From the NCBI RefSeq assembly GCF_021028975.2, contig NC_059439.1, forward strand, positions 23,002,001-23,066,000: DNA of 64,000 nt. The letters run 5' to 3'. The DNA is from Sphaerodactylus townsendi (taxonomy: Eukaryota). Below the pieces are notes generated by a model. That model did not search any database, was not told where the DNA came from, and saw only the letters and a list, made by a program, of their open reading frames with translations. Shown here piece after piece: positions 63,756 through 64,000 of the stretch (its first letter is position 1; each line of letters begins with the position of its first letter). The position numbers and the translations under genes are program-made.

Positions 63756-64000
63756 AAAGTAAAGTAAATAGTAAAGTAAAACCTTCGGGGGACCGTGATT
63801 ACCCCTATATGTCTTGAAGTCGACTCCTCTGCGCCTTCGCGCAGAGGCCAATTTTACTGGAGATCCCTCTTGGCCCCTCAATGCTGTGGCTGGTTTCCAC
63901 TCGGGCTTTCATAGGGCCTTTTACGGCTCTGGCTCCCCTGCCTGGTGGAACACTCTACCACCATTAGCTGTCCTGGAATTTGCAAGGGACCTTGAGAGTT
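63756..64000 (-). mobile_element. Insertion with (TTTAC)n tail interrupting the OR pseudogene; runs off the window
   Basis: OR homology ends abruptly at (gtaaa)n repeats. Confidence 0.5.

Overview
This is vertebrate genomic DNA, most likely a squamate and probably a gecko, judged from its repeat content (CR1, RTE-X-like LINEs, 5S- and tRNA-derived SINEs, Harbinger-type MITEs). It holds an olfactory receptor (OR) cluster. The left half (1-30.7 kb) is four tandem segmental-duplication units, each with a minus-strand family-14-like OR: three have open frames and the fourth has an indel-riddled 3' end that looks like sequencing error. The right half has one plus-strand OR6/11-like gene (33404-34351), a full-length chromodomain Ty3/Gypsy element with intact TSD (37389-43942), two N gaps, two intact minus-strand OR6/11-like paralogues and one pseudogene. 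Main observation: the four OR14-like genes appear to have coding sequences split across two exons. A conserved 32-nt exon (ATG GTT GA. TCA GAA ... GCA AG|GTACT), 1.4-3.9 kb upstream, splices in phase to a conserved acceptor. Copy 2 has no other ATG before TM2. The three intact OR6/11-like genes also have in-frame ATG-bearing upstream exons. Other findings: an OR TM7 relic marking the duplication junction, mosaic paralogues, unusually long RTE-X target-site duplications, a fold-back templated insertion in the pseudogene, and local signs of unpolished assembly. No prokaryotic-type systems are present. Splicing is inferred from sequence only, and OR and repeat family names come from motifs, not database searches.
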